From Octopus vulgaris (lineage: Eukaryota), in NCBI GenBank assembly GCA_951406725.2, contig OX597824.1, positions 37,944,001 to 38,008,000 on the forward strand: a DNA stretch of 64,000 bases, read 5' to 3'. Positions 12,679 through 25,215 of the stretch are shown here, piece after piece. The position numbers were made by a program, and so were the translations under genes. Position 1 is the first letter of the stretch; each line of letters begins with the position of its first letter. Under the pieces are notes generated by a model. That model was not told where the DNA came from. It saw only the letters and a list, made by a program, of their open reading frames with translations, and did no database searches.

Positions 12679-12845
12679 AGGTACAGGTGTGATTGTGTGG
12701 GTAAACAGTTTGCTCTGTAACCATGTTCTTGGTTTGGTCCCACTACATGGTACCTTGGGCAAGTGTCTTTTACAATAGAGTTAAGATGATTCTTTGAGTG
12801 AAATTTGGTCAACAGAAGCAGTATGGAAGCTTGTGTGTGTATGTA
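12679..12845 (+). mobile_element. SINE family B head, diverged
   Basis: ggtacaggtgtgattgtgtggg...gtcccactacatggtaccttgggcaagtgtc. Confidence 0.7.
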
Positions 12846-12853
12846 TATTTATT

Positions 12854-13210
12854 CTTTTACTTGTTTCAGTCATTTGACTTTGGCCATGCTGGAGCAACGC
12901 CTTTAGTTGGTAAAATGACCCCAGGAATTATTCTTTGTAAACCTAGTATTTATTCTGTTGGTCTCTTTTCCCTGGGCTGCTAAGTTATGGGGGATGTAAA
13001 CAAACCAACATTGGTTGTCAAGCAATCGTGGGGGAACAGCACACACACACACAACAGGTTTCTGTCAGTTTCCGTCTACCAAATCCACTCACAAGGCTTT
13101 GATCAGTTCAAGGCTACAGCAGAAGACACTTGCCCAAGGTGCCATGCAGTAGGACAGAACTTGGAACCATGTGGTTGGGAAGCAAACTTCTTACCATGCA
13201 GCTATGCCTG
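12854..13210 (-). mobile_element. SINE family B
   Basis: cttttacttgtttcagtcatttgac...gaagacacttgcccaaggtgccatgcagt...ttaccatgcagctatgcctg. Confidence 0.85.
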
Positions 13211-13514
13211 TACATACATTCATATAATGTCCTTTTTCCATGCTGCCATGGGTTGAATGGTTTGACAGGATAGTACCAGAGAACTGCATCAAGTACCAAT
13301 TCCTGCTTTAGCCTGGTTGCTAAGTCTGGATGCTCTTTCTAATGCCAACTTCTTTACAGTGTGTATTGGCTGTTTTCTTTGTGGCAACTGGCAGGAGTGA
13401 GGTCACCAAGGAACTCATAAAACAAGTCCCCTCCTACCGAGTGGAGGAGGAAGTGGTTTTATACCACCTCCTTCTCCACTTTTATCAAGTGTTGAGAGGC
13501 TAAAGTATGATAGA

Positions 13515-13987
13515 CTTGACTTGACAGCATTCACCCGGGGTGGGTTGAGCTGGCTTCATTCATCCTCAATGCTGCATCTCTCACAAACACCGACCAGGCC
13601 TGGCGATTTGAGGCTAATGACTGCGTGATCTCCAACCACTCCTTATTCCAGCGGTGAACACCGTAGATCAGCCAGGTTTTTCGTTGTCCACCACATCGCT
13701 TTCGCCAACCCTGAAGGGGAGCTGGGGAAATTGCTGCGTAGATGAATTCTCCTGGTTGATGACGGAGGGCATGACCCAGCCAACGCAGACGTCTCGTTAG
13801 GATGACTTGGCGGAGGGAGGTGATTCTGCACTGGTGTTGCACCAAATTGTTGGAGACAAAGTGATGCCATCGGACACGAAAGATGCGGCGTAGACAGGTG
13901 ATCGAAGGATTCTTGTTGCTTAATATCTTCCACCCTCATTGGCCATGACTTGCTGCCATAAAGAAGAATCGTTCGCACTAGTGCTTG
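13515..13987 (-). mobile_element. 5'-truncated RTE-type LINE with (CAAGT)n tail and 10-bp TSD
   Basis: ORFs give RTILLYGSKSWP...FDH and RRLRWLGHALR...GWRKRCGGQRKTW. Tail caagtcaag on the minus strand. TSD gtatgataga at 13505-13514 and 13988-13997. Confidence 0.9.
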
Positions 13988-15084
13988 GTATGATAGAGGG
14001 GCAGGAGATAGTCTCTTGCTGTGGAGGAAATACGTAATTATTGCAAGAGAGAATAAGATGGTAGAGACAAGGTGTTAGGGCATACCCTCAAGGTATAAAA
14101 GTGTGAATATAAGAAGATAGGGACAGAGCACCGGGGAAGGGTGGGTGTTTAAGTTTGTTAGTGCAGAAGGAAAGTTACAGATGATTATAGGGGGAGGGAC
14201 TGGAGGAGAACGCAGTGAATGGTGAACATAAATGGAGGTGTGGTCAATGGTGAATCTCAGTTTTAAGGTAAGGTGAAGGAAATAGTAGACCAAGGAGGAG
14301 GATGTAGCAGTAGAAAAAAAAAGTGGGGTGGAGGTGAGCAGCAGTATAGTAAGCAATAGAGAGATGAGAAATAGGGAGAGAGGGAGATGCAGTGATAGAG
14401 ATGGCGGTTAGAGCTTGAAAATGATTGATATAGTGCCAAACAAAGGTGTGTGGGAGGTCACTGATGGTAGATATGAGAGGGTTTTGAGAATGATTGCAGC
14501 TATTGGAAAAGGTGAGGTGTTTAAATACGAGACAGCAGTCATGTGATGTAGCTAATGAGAAAGGGTTGTGGAAAATAAAGTAGGAAAGGTTGATATGGAA
14601 GCTGTGCGATTGGTGACAAAAGAAAGCAATTCTTCCAAGGAGAAAGATATACTTGTAGCTTAAGAGGGGATGAAATATGTGCAGTTCTGCTCTGAGAATT
14701 AGAGCAGTTTAATGAATAGTGCTGTAGTTAGAAAAGTAATGGTAGGATAGGTATCGGGGATGAGATTTAGGGAAGGCTTGACAGGGACAGGTTAGGTGCA
14801 GAGGTGGTGTTGTCATAAACAGATTGGTTTTTTTTCTTTCTCTGGGATTAGTCAAATTAATGTAGATGCATCTGATGAGATCCCAGTTAGGTGCCAAATA
14901 AAAAAGTGATTAAGGTTGTTCCTCAGTTTTCAGTCTATGGAGAAGAAGCTAAATTTGCCCTGTTTAAATTCCTACCACATAGGTTACATATATCATGCCT
15001 TCATAATGTGTGCCATGAGATCCCTGTTAGCAGGCCCCTGATTATAAATAAAACACTTATAGTATGCAAATTAGTACTGTGTGA

Positions 15085-15340
15085 TACCTGTGCCGGTGGC
15101 ATGTAAAAATCACCATCCGAATGTGGCCGATGTCAGCGCCACCTTGACTGGCACCTGTGCCGGTGACACGTAAAAAGCACCCACTACACTCACCGAGTGG
15201 TTGGCGTTAGGAAGGGCATCCAGCTGTAGAAACACTGCCAGATCAGACTAGAGCCTGGTGCAGCCTCCTGGCTTCCCAGACCCCGGTCGAACTGTCCAAC
15301 CCGTGCTAGCACGGAAAACGGACGTTAAACGATGATGATA
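15085..15340 (+). mobile_element. Family C: 3' end of the second RTE-type LINE ((GAT)n tail)
   Basis: gtggttggcgttaggaagggcatccagctgtagaaac...ccaacccgtgctagcacggaaaacggacgttaaacgatgatgat. Confidence 0.85.
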
Positions 15341-15539
15341 AATTCTCTGTAGCTATGTAAACAGATTGGCTGCCTGATTCTCTGGTATTGGTAAAATTCA
15401 TGTAGACACCTGATACACTCAGCAAGATTTGAAAATTGATTAAGATTGTTCTTTTTTTCAGTCTACAGAGGAACAACTAAATTTGTTCTGTTTATATACT
15501 TACTATCCAATTACATATAAACAATCTTTTTAGAGCTTC

Positions 15540-16990
15540 ATCTTGGCAAGAAGGATGATCTTGAGCACAGCAAATTGTCAAACATCTCAGTCCTTTGTCA
15601 TCTCCTCCATCACGTTCAACATCACGGGGTCTGTCTACACAATATACATCACATGGCCATACCAGCACAGCTGTCTCTTGCACACCACATCTGATACCTC
15701 TTATGCCCAGTTTTTCTCTCAACACATTTACACCTTGTCATACATGCACACAAATTTTGCACATCTAATGGAGCATGCTAGCTTCTGTCTAAACTTCTGT
15801 ACTCATGGCCCATGTCTCACTAACATGTAGCATTGCTGTTCTTACACTGCCTCGTACAATCTGTCTTTCACTCCAAGATAGAACACTTTTATTACCAACA
15901 GAGGTAACAGCTCTCTGAACTTTCTCCAGCTGGTTCTTATTCTAAGTAATTATATGTTGAGAACATTCTTCACTGCTAATTAGGTTACCTTGGTAACCAA
16001 AACTATCTGTAGATAGTTTCTATTACCAGGATCCTTTTAGGCATTAAAATAGAACTCTGTTTCCCATGTGTTCTTGATATTGCACCTATGCATCTGCTAC
16101 AAAGTTTGTTCTCTGATAAACTTCCTGTGATTCAATTGCACCTCTTGTGTGCCCAAAGCTTATACTGGGTACATTATATGGAATTTCCACCGCTGACTTC
16201 TATGCATATTGAACAAGGCCATTTTCTTGAAGGGAGTAGCAGCCTGTCAATTTTCCTGCTTACAAGAACTTCGGTCTTTGCTGAGTTAACTATAAGGCCC
16301 TTGATTCCAGGTTTTGTTTCCATGTTTGGAATTTCTTTCCTGGTTATACCACAAATTCAGGTTTAGGAACAAAGTCTTCATCATAGAGTAGTTTCAATAG
16401 GCAATCAACCTGAAACTCCTCTGTTATAGCATGGGGGACAATATTGAATTCATTGCTGGTCTTGTTATTAATTCTCACCTTATTGATGGTATTCTGTTCA
16501 TGGCTGAATGGCTCACTCCAGCCATTTGTCTATTCCTAGCTTCTGCAGTGATCACTAAATCAGGGAGTGAGTGATCCCGTTGAAGGCTTTGTCTAGGTTG
16601 ATGAATGCCAAGTACAACAGTTTATTATTTTTGGCTAAATATTTCTGTATTTGCCTTACTAGAAAGAGAACAGCAGCAGTAGTAGTACTTTTCTCTGGCA
16701 CAAAACCAAACTTCATCTCATTGAGGTTAATTCTCTTCCAATTTAATTGAGCTATAATTCTTTCAGTAACTTTCACCTGGTCCAGCAATTTGATGCTTCT
16801 GTAATTACTTCTAAGATATCTGCTTTACCTTTGTAGCTGTTGACTATAATGCTGTGATACCAGTTCTTGGGTAGCGTACCCTTTCAGTACAACCTGATTA
16901 ACTGTACAGGTGACAAGGCCAAATATTTTAAGCATTTTGGTTGTAATTCCTGATGGGCCAGAGGATTTCTCGGTCTTTTATGTATGATTG
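15540..16990 (-). mobile_element. Decayed RTE-type LINE ORF fragment (RT to C terminus)
   Basis: EMKFGFVPEKSTT..LFLVRQIQKYLAK..LYLAFINLDKAFN (RT motifs) and LREKLGIRGIRCGVQ. Confidence 0.85.
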
Positions 16991-17372
16991 ATGAAGTAAT
17001 TCTTGATTGCTTTATCTACCATACTGCTGTCAACTCAGATGGCTGGTCCATGAAAGATAAAAGATATACATATCTAAATATCATTTAAAATGGTTTCATT
17101 CTGCCCCATGCAACTTAGGTTTATAGGGTTCTTACTGAAACTTAGCTCGTCTGACTTTGGCAGCTGAGTGGAGAGGTGCAGGAAGTTCAAGATGGCTACT
17201 GTAAACTTGACTGCTATTGGTTGAGTTAGATTGCATGGGATTATTAAAAGTGAAATTGAATTTCAGGACTCGACAGGAAGCTGGTGGTGCCTTTCAGTTT
17301 GGGTTGTCTTGGAAAGGGACTTAAGTGACTTTAGATCCGTGGCTGGCAAGGTTGTGTGTGTGTGTGTGTGTA

Positions 17373-17580
17373 GATGCTGAAAAGTTCTGGCTTTTAAGGG
17401 CATCACAAAAGGCCTAGTTGGAGGCTCATCCTTCTAAGTTCTTTTACAAGGCTTAGAAAAATTGAAGACTGCTGCAATAAGTGTGTGAATCTGAGAGAAG
17501 AATATGTTGAATAAAATCATAAACTGCTCTTGCTGTATTTTCTTTTACCCAAAGCCAAGAATTTTTCAGCATCCCTTCGT
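17373..17580 (+). mobile_element. Non-autonomous mariner-type element (internal deletion derivative)
   Basis: TIRs gatgctgaaaagttctggcttt (17373-17394) and aaagccaagaatttttcagcatc (17551-17573). Interior reads FFYKGLEKLK..CNKCVNLREEYVE* with frameshifts, like a mariner transposase C terminus. Confidence 0.75.
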
Positions 17581-17849
17581 GTGTGTGTGTGTGTGTGCGC
17601 ATGCATGCACGCACGCACACACACACAACCCAGCTGTATGAGTGTAGGTGTGGGTGGCTGATGCTCTCTCTCTCACTGCACCTGTCCCATTTTTCCCTGC
17701 CACCCTTTTCCTCCCATCTGCCACCATTCCAACATACCATTCTCCAAGCCTTTCATTAACTCCAATCTGACCCCTCCATCTTCTTTAACTTCACCTCCCA
17801 CATCTACCCTAACCCACCCCTTCCCTCCTTTAAATGCAGCTGTAATCTG

Positions 17850-18270
17850 CATGACCTTCTGGTCTATAGTTTCTTCCTTATGCCTGGCTCTTTCCCTTGC
17901 TCTCACCCATGCCGTTGCTCCTGCCCCTACCTCTCCAACATCATTATCCTCATTGGCACCTACCACTACCCCTGCCACATAACCAACTCTTTTACCTGCA
18001 CCTCTAGCAATGCCATCTGTTGCTCTCTGTCCTTTTCTGTATATTGGTCAAACAAGATGCTACTTGGCTGACCGGTTCACTGACCACCTCCAAGACATCA
18101 CTAGGTAATGACACCCTGCTCTCATACCACTTCTGCTCAACCAGTCATTTGCTGCATTTGTCTGTGTTCAGACTGTCTTTCCACAAAGGCCACCTGGACT
18201 CCCACCTCTGCTATGAACAGGAATTGATCTCTCTTCCTATGCTCCTTATGACCTTAATTCGCCACCACTT
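17850..18270 (+). mobile_element. Penelope-like element relic, GIY-YIG endonuclease region
   Basis: GSFPCSHPCRCSCPYLS...ITNSFTCTSSNAICC, then after a frameshift LYIGQTRCYLADRFTDHLQDI. Confidence 0.8.
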
Positions 18271-18349
18271 TTCATTTGAAACCAACCCCACACATCTCCC
18301 ACCTTTAACTGCTCCTCCCCTCCACCCCACACTTGTACACTGCTTAACT

Positions 18350-19085
18350 CAGTACTCTCATCACACACGCCATTATGTAAACACCCATACACACCATTCA
18401 ACTCTACTCACATCATACACACACACACACACTTGCATGAACATGCACTCACATGCACCTTCCAACTTCACACACACTAGCACCCAATATTTCCCTGTAC
18501 CCACACCTCACACCATTATGCACACTCGCACGCATTCATATGCACACACACACACACCCACCACTATATGAACACCCTACACACTGTTCAACTTAGTACC
18601 CACACCACACACCATTATGCACACTCTCATATGCATGCACATGCACTCCACATACACCTTCCCACCCCACACACACTACCACCCAACCCCTAACTCTCAT
18701 CACCCTTATCCCACCTTGCACCTCCATCTATTCACCCACAACACAGTATCCACTCCTAAGATCACACATAATACATATGCACACATGCAGAAATAATATA
18801 CACATGCACACAACACATAAACACAACTTTCACATGTAAACACACAATACATACAAACAGTATAGGGTCACACACATTTCATGCATGCATGCACACCATT
18901 CAAACAAGCACACAACTGCTACATGCAAACGTTTGCACACACATGCATACACTATACACAGCCTCAACCACATACATTGTTACACACAAAAACATGATGC
19001 ACATCACTCTACACAATGCATGCGTTAGGTTACTTATACACATGCTCACATAATTTTAAACTCGCACATACACATACACACATGC
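18350..19085. repeat. CA-rich low-complexity tract
   Basis: Degenerate (CA)n/cacat repeats over ~700 bp. Confidence 0.85.
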
Positions 19086-19240
19086 TTGCTCCCATCCACA
19101 CTCATCTACTTCATTCTTTCATACGTTCTTGCACATCCTAATTCAACCAGGTCACTGTTATTATCTCCCCTTCACCCAACCTCTTTCTTCTGGTCATTTC
19201 ATCATGTTTTTATTCTCTCTCCATTTTTATTCTTTCAACC

Positions 19241-19370
19241 TTTTTCTGTTGAAGAGTATAGGCTCGAAACATCAAAAACCTTTTTGTTCTTCCCAAGTGT
19301 CAAACTAATATAACTGTTTATTGTTCTCTCACTTGTCTTTGTCTTTTGTTTTCTGTAAATTTGAACTATA
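19241..19370 (+). mobile_element. Penelope-type terminal segment with decayed hammerhead-like motif
   Basis: ttttt-CTGTTGA-A-GAG-tatagg-CTC-GAAAC-ATC-aaaaa followed by tcaaactaata. Related segments at 59236-59360 (+) and 22690-22810 (-). Confidence 0.55.
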
Positions 19371-20544
19371 TATATTTATATATACTCTCCCTCTCTCACA
19401 CACACACACACTTATGTATATATAGTGTGTCTGTATATATCCTCACAAAGGAAATGACAACAGGATAACTGGTGATTTACTCTACTTGAGATGACCTGTC
19501 CCTGCTAAGTACAATTGTGGCCATAAAGGCAGATCTTTTTTGTCTGTGCTTCTCACCTCCTGCACACAGTCTATCCTCTGATGGATTTTACTCCTCCATT
19601 TGGACTCACCACCTATTGTATTCCCTTCCTTTATGTCTTTAGCTCTCCCTCATAAACCTGCCTGCTCATAGTTTGACCCCTGTCAAATCTCTTCCCCACA
19701 ACATATTCTCCTAATATCCTCATCCCATGATGAGAAGGTTGAAGCTGTGGGAAGATGGTGTATAATGAGAGCAATGGAGCAAATAGTCACTGCAAGGTAC
19801 TTTAGAGGTGGGAGGAGAAGTGCATAATATAAATGCTGCAGTGCTTCCCTGGTGGAGAAGCATTGGAGAGTGAGGGGAGGTGGGAGGAAGAGTGAGTGCA
19901 GTGATGGAAAGGAAGGGTAGAGGGCATCTTAGAGGTGATAGGACAAGAGATTAAGAAGAGGTGTTTAGTGGCAATAAGGGTTACCTATCTGAAGGTGTGA
20001 TCTGACTGGCAGAGATGGGAAGCATGGAGGCGAAGTGGGGACAGTAAGGTAGGCTTCAGTGAGCAAGTGTGTGTGTTACAGCTTCTTAATCATGACTCTT
20101 GTATTAATGAGCATTTAACTATGGATGGACAGGTCTTCTGTAGCACCGCATGTCATCAGACAGCACACTCTTGTTTCATCTTCTCCATCAGATATAGCAT
20201 GTTCAGTCTTCACAACTTCATCCCAAGCCTTCCTTGGCTTCCTTCTTCCACAAGTTCCACTAACATGGAGTACTCTACTTCCTTACGTAGCAATCATCCT
20301 CCATAAACATCACATACCTGTATTAGGGCAGCCTTCTCTCTTATACACTACACCCGATTTCTCTTAGGCCCAGTTTTTTTTCTCACCTCTTTGTACTCAA
20401 GTGTTCATGCATGCTAACATTAAACTGCCACTGGAACATGCTAGTTTCATTTATTTCTGGTCTTTGGTCCATGTCTTATTACCATGCAGCATTACAGTTC
20501 TGACACAAGTTTCACACAATCTGTCCTTTACTCTGACAGAGAAG

Positions 20545-20845
20545 ATCATCATCGTTTAACATCTGCTTTCCATGCTAGCATGGGTTGGACGATTTTGACT
20601 GAGGGCTGGCGAACCAGATGGTTGCACCAGGCTCCAATCTTGATTTGGCAGAGTTTCTACAGCTGGATGCCCTTCCTAACGCCAACCACTCTGAGAGTGT
20701 AGTGGGTGCTTTTTATGTGCCACCAGCATGGGGGCCAGTCAGGCGGTACTGGCAACGACCTCGCTCGAATCCTTTTAGATATGCCACCAGCACAGGTGCC
20801 AGTAAGGCAACTATGGTAACGATCATGCTTGAATGCTGCTTTGTG
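20545..20845 (-). mobile_element. Family C RTE 3' end
   Basis: atcatcatcgtttaacatctgctttccatgctagcatgggttggacg...ggatgcccttcctaacgccaaccac. Confidence 0.85.
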
Positions 20846-21184
20846 ATAATAGCTCTGAACCTTTTCCAACTCATTCTTATTCCAGCTGCAATACTTTCTG
20901 ATCAATAATTTCCCCTGCTAATTATGTCTCCAAGGTAAGAGAAACTACTGAAGACTTCTAATGAGTTGTCTGAACATTTAAGAGAATCTATTTCCAGTAT
21001 GTTCATGGTAGATAATGCATTTATCATATATGAAGCTTACCTTCTCTGGTGAGTCTGCCTATGAGTCCACTATATTTCATGTGTGACCATAGTTTACCCT
21101 GAGTACAGTGTATGGAATATACCTAGTCCTTTCCTGCACATCAAACAAGACCACTTTCTTGATGACACCAGGCACCGGTTTCTC

Positions 21185-21587
21185 ATTTTTTTATTGCCCA
21201 CAAGGGGCTACACACAGAGGGGACAAACAAGGGCAGACAAACGGATTAAGTCGATTATATCGACCCCAGTGTGTAACTGGTACTTATTTAATCGACTCCG
21301 AAAGGATGAAAGGCAAAGTTGACCTCGGCAGAATTTGAACTCAGAACATAGCAGCAGACGAAATACCTAATTCTTTACTACCCACAAGGGGCTAAACGTA
21401 GAGGGTACAAACAAACGGATTAATTGATATATCGACTCCAGTGCGTAACTGGTACTTATTTAATCGACCTTGAAAAGATGAAAGGCAAAGTTGACCTTGG
21501 CAGAATTTGAACTCAGAACGTAGCGGCAGAGGAAATACTGCTAAGCATTTCACCCGGCATGCTAATGTTTCTGCCAGCTCGCCGCCT
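21185..21587 (-). mobile_element. Two tandem SINE family A units
   Basis: Body repeated at about 21185-21368 and 21369-21587; only the right-hand unit has the complete head (ccagctcgccgcc). Confidence 0.85.
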
Positions 21588-22251
21588 TTTTCTTTCTTAT
21601 TAAAACCTTCATCATTGCTAAATTTACCTTGAGGCCTCTTGATTCTAGGTTTAGCTTCTGCACCTGAAATTACCCCTACAGATTCAGCTATGAAAATTAG
21701 ATCAGCAAGATGTTGGAGTCCCCCTGGACAGTCAGTCGTAAACTTCTGTGCTGGCCTGGTCTATTATGAATAAGAGAGAGAGATTAAACCTTGGTGGACC
21801 CCTGCCTTTATGCTAAATTTTTCTTAAAAATCATTGTTGACTCATTTTATTTATTGCATCTTTGCACATGATTTGTGCAGCCCTCATCCACAATTTATTG
21901 CATGTGGTGCCCTGTCAAAGGCTTTCTTCAAGTCAGTAAGTACTAGAAATTTCAGTTTACTCTTAGCTAAGTATTTCTCCTGTTGTTGCCTTGCTTGAGA
22001 GATGGCATCCATGATACCTCTGCTGGGCATGAAGATACACTGCATCTTATGCAGTCAGTGTTTGAGTGTGCGCACACGTGACACATGCACATTTTGTTTT
22101 TTTATTAACAATTGACAAAAGTTACAGAATGTCACAAAACTCTTGGCTCTTGAGACAGTCTGTAACATCTGCCGACTATTAAAAAAAAACATGTACTTAT
22201 GTTTTGAGTTCTGTTTTCCTGTTTGCAAGACCAAACCTATATATATATATA

Positions 22252-22538
<287 letters not shown>

Positions 22539-22555
22539 ATGGGGGATATTTAACT

Positions 22556-23135
22556 GTGTGGTTAAGAAGTTTGCTTCTCAAACCTCATGGTTTCCAGTTC
22601 AGTCCCACTACATGTCTCTTCCACTACAGCCCCAGATTGATCAAAACCTCATGAGTGAATTTGGTAGATGGAAATTGAAAGCCTATCATACAGTGAAAAC
22701 AACAAAAGTACAAGAGACTTTTCACAGTCAAGGTTATTAGTTTGATGTTCAAGTGATGGAGTATCATGTGTCAGACGTAATCCTTCTTCAGACACCAGAG
22801 AAAAGTCTAGGCAAACCTGGGAGGAAAAGAAAGCAGATACACAAAACAAAAAGTGAGCCAAGAAAAAAATATGCACATGTGGGCTGTATGTGTGCACATG
22901 CATTGTGTGGGTGGGTGTGTTTGTGTCTTGATTTGACATTGCATGATAGCTGTAAACAAGCATCACTGATATACAAGCAGCGTTGATAATTTCCAATGTT
23001 CCATTCAAATGTCAGGCCTTGGGAAAATATTACCTTACTTGTGAACAGGTAAGAGTTGGTGACAAGGGCATCAAGCTGTAGAAAATTTACCCTTTTGAGC
23101 ATGGAAAAGTGATTGTCAAAAAACAATGATGATAA
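22556..23135 (+). mobile_element. SINE family F (B-type head with a family-C-like 3' end), interrupted by an insert at about 22690-22880
   Basis: Head tgtgtggttaagaagtttgcttc...gttcagtcccact; tail gagttggtgacaagggcatcaagctgtagaaaa...gcatggaaaagtga...atgatgat. Relatives at 51432-51765 (-) and, split, at 34109-34228 plus 35894-36150 (-). Confidence 0.6.
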
Positions 23136-23289
23136 ATATAACTCACTCTCCTCTTCTTTCCATCCGGGGTGTCCGTGTATCTACTGCAAGACGCCTATCT
23201 CTGTCCCTCTATACCTTTAATCTCTCTGGTACAAAGCTACCATACCTCAATACTATTTACCCCTCCCAGTTGAGGGTTTTTGCCTCATT

Positions 23290-23555
23290 GTGTTCTGCAA
23301 GGTACTTAGTGACTCTGTCAGTGCTGGTGTCACATGAAAAGGACTAGTGCTGGTGTCGCATGGAGAGGGTCAGTGCTGGCATCGCATAGAGAGGACCCAG
23401 TACACTCTGTAAAGTTGTTGGCATTAGGAAGAGCATCCAGCTGTAGAGGCCATACCAAAACAGATAATGGAGTCTGGTACAGCAGCCAACCTTGCCAACT
23501 CCTGTCAAACTGTCCAACCCATGCTAGCATGAAAAAGACATTAAAAGACGATGAC
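23290..23555 (+). mobile_element. Family C-related 3' end, diverged
   Basis: gttggcattaggaagagcatccagctgtag...tgtccaacccatgctagcatgaaaaagacattaaaagacgatgac. Confidence 0.75.
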
Positions 23556-24339
23556 ATGTGTTTGTACACACACATATTAGAAAATAAATAAAAGGTCCCA
23601 TTCACCAAGGTGAATGGAGCCATAGCCAGGAAGAGCTGAAGTCATCAAACAATATTCTATGATTATTAGGTGTTTTGACCCTGAACCATCCCAATGGTGG
23701 GTCAGTAGATGTGGCCAAATCATTGCTCATCATGTCTTCTTGGCTTCCAGCTTAACTCTTCTCTTTTGCTCCACAACCAGCAAAATGCTCTTTTCAGCTG
23801 ACTCTCCCATCCTGTGCACAGCCACCCTTTGCTTCTTTCCTCATTCCAATGTCTGTAAGCATCCTCTTTACTGACTGAGCAGAGAATCCTCTACAGCTAA
23901 CCTTGACTGGGAAAAACCATGACTATCATCCCTTCTTTCTGCAGTCCTATAGTTTGAGAATCTTCCTTCAGAAGGCTCATACTTAGCATGTTTCTGTTCC
24001 AAAGCCTTGTCCACACTCTTTTTCCCATGAGACTGTAAGTTTGATGAAGATTATTTTTATTGTCTTTTCAGACCCTAAAACTATATCTGGCCTCTTGTCA
24101 TTAGATTCTCATACCTTGTCGATAACCACATACAATTATACTCACAAGGAGCCCTCATTTTATGATGGTTCAGTTTCCAATGATACAAATTCATGCTGAT
24201 TTAAAATTTTGACCACCCATTTGGTGTGAATGGTTACTCCTCCTCTTGCTTTTATTTAGCAGTCTTTTTAAATTGATTGCTTCTGAAAGCTGTATTAAAT
24301 ACATATAATAATAATGATGATGACGATGATCTCTCCCAT

Positions 24340-24570
24340 TGAAGACAACCTGAGCGTTCAGCTTTTGCACAAATGATTTGTTTGTAGTGATCAAATGTAT
24401 GTGTTGTACATTAGTTCACTCCCTCCATCAAATTGATGTTGTCTGAACAAATGCACAGTGTGCCATGCATCAGATGTCAGAGTGATCACAGAGCAATTTT
24501 TGGTCAAGGACACAACATACTACACTGTCTAGGAGTTGAAACCATGATCTCTCGATCATGAGTGTAACAT
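24340..24570 (-). mobile_element. SINE family E (tail W), diverged
   Basis: gatttgtttgtagtgatcaaatgt is the reverse complement of acatttgatcactataaacaaatc in the 61208-61455 copy. Confidence 0.65.
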
Positions 24571-24884
24571 TTACAATGATTTCAGATTTTGGTACAAGTC
24601 CAGAAATTTCAGGGGAGGAGGTAAATCAATTACTTTAACCCTAGTGCTCAACTGGTATTTAGTTCATTGACCCCCAAAAGCATAGAAAAGTATTATGATA
24701 ATGATGCAAGTTGTTAAAAAATGGGTCCATTTATGAGTGCAATTCCTAATGTACATACAGCCATGCCTGTGCCTTATATATTTGTGTATATGTGTAGATA
24801 TACACATTATGACTGCAATCTATAATATGAATGTGGATTGCCTGAATCTAGTAAAGTGATGCATGAAAAATGTGGATTGAAAGA

Positions 24885-25215
24885 TGGTAGAACAAAATAA
24901 TCGAAAGGGTCCATGGGCAAAAATGGTTGAGTTCCACTGGATTAGATGGTGTGTAAATATGGATATTTACTTGTAAATTATTGGAGTAATTTCTGAATAG
25001 ATGAATCCTTTTACTAATAATAGTTACTGTGGACGAACCTTAGTTCAATAGACAAATGATCAAAGATATTTGTCTTGTAGTGTGTTCTGAAATAGTTTTC
25101 TAAATTTGATGACAGGCCCTACCTAGATCATAATACCATCTCTTCTTCACAGCAAAGAAATATCTAAAAAGGCTTGTCAGTCTGCATCATGGTCTTAGTG
25201 GAAAAATGGAAAAGT
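24885..25215 (+). repeat. Local ~330-bp duplicate of 28081-28514
   Basis: tggtagaacaaaataat...catcatggtctt(a/c)gtggaaaaatggaaaa is collinear in both copies. Confidence 0.9.

Larger units (their letters stand above)
20110..22052 (-). mobile_element. Decayed RTE-type LINE fragment with nested insertions
   Basis: Similar to 15540-16990 and 52950-53965 (gccctgtcaaaggctttcttcaagtc gives DLKKAFDR on the minus strand; ccttggtggacccc gives GVHQG). Confidence 0.7.

Noticed and set aside
14400-15520. Possible decayed LINE segments, including a similar pair near 14905 and 15440
   Set aside because: Too degenerate to classify by eye; the same applies to about 46220-47040.
18020-18571. 183-aa ORF
   Set aside because: Frameshifted Penelope relic running into CA-rich low-complexity DNA.
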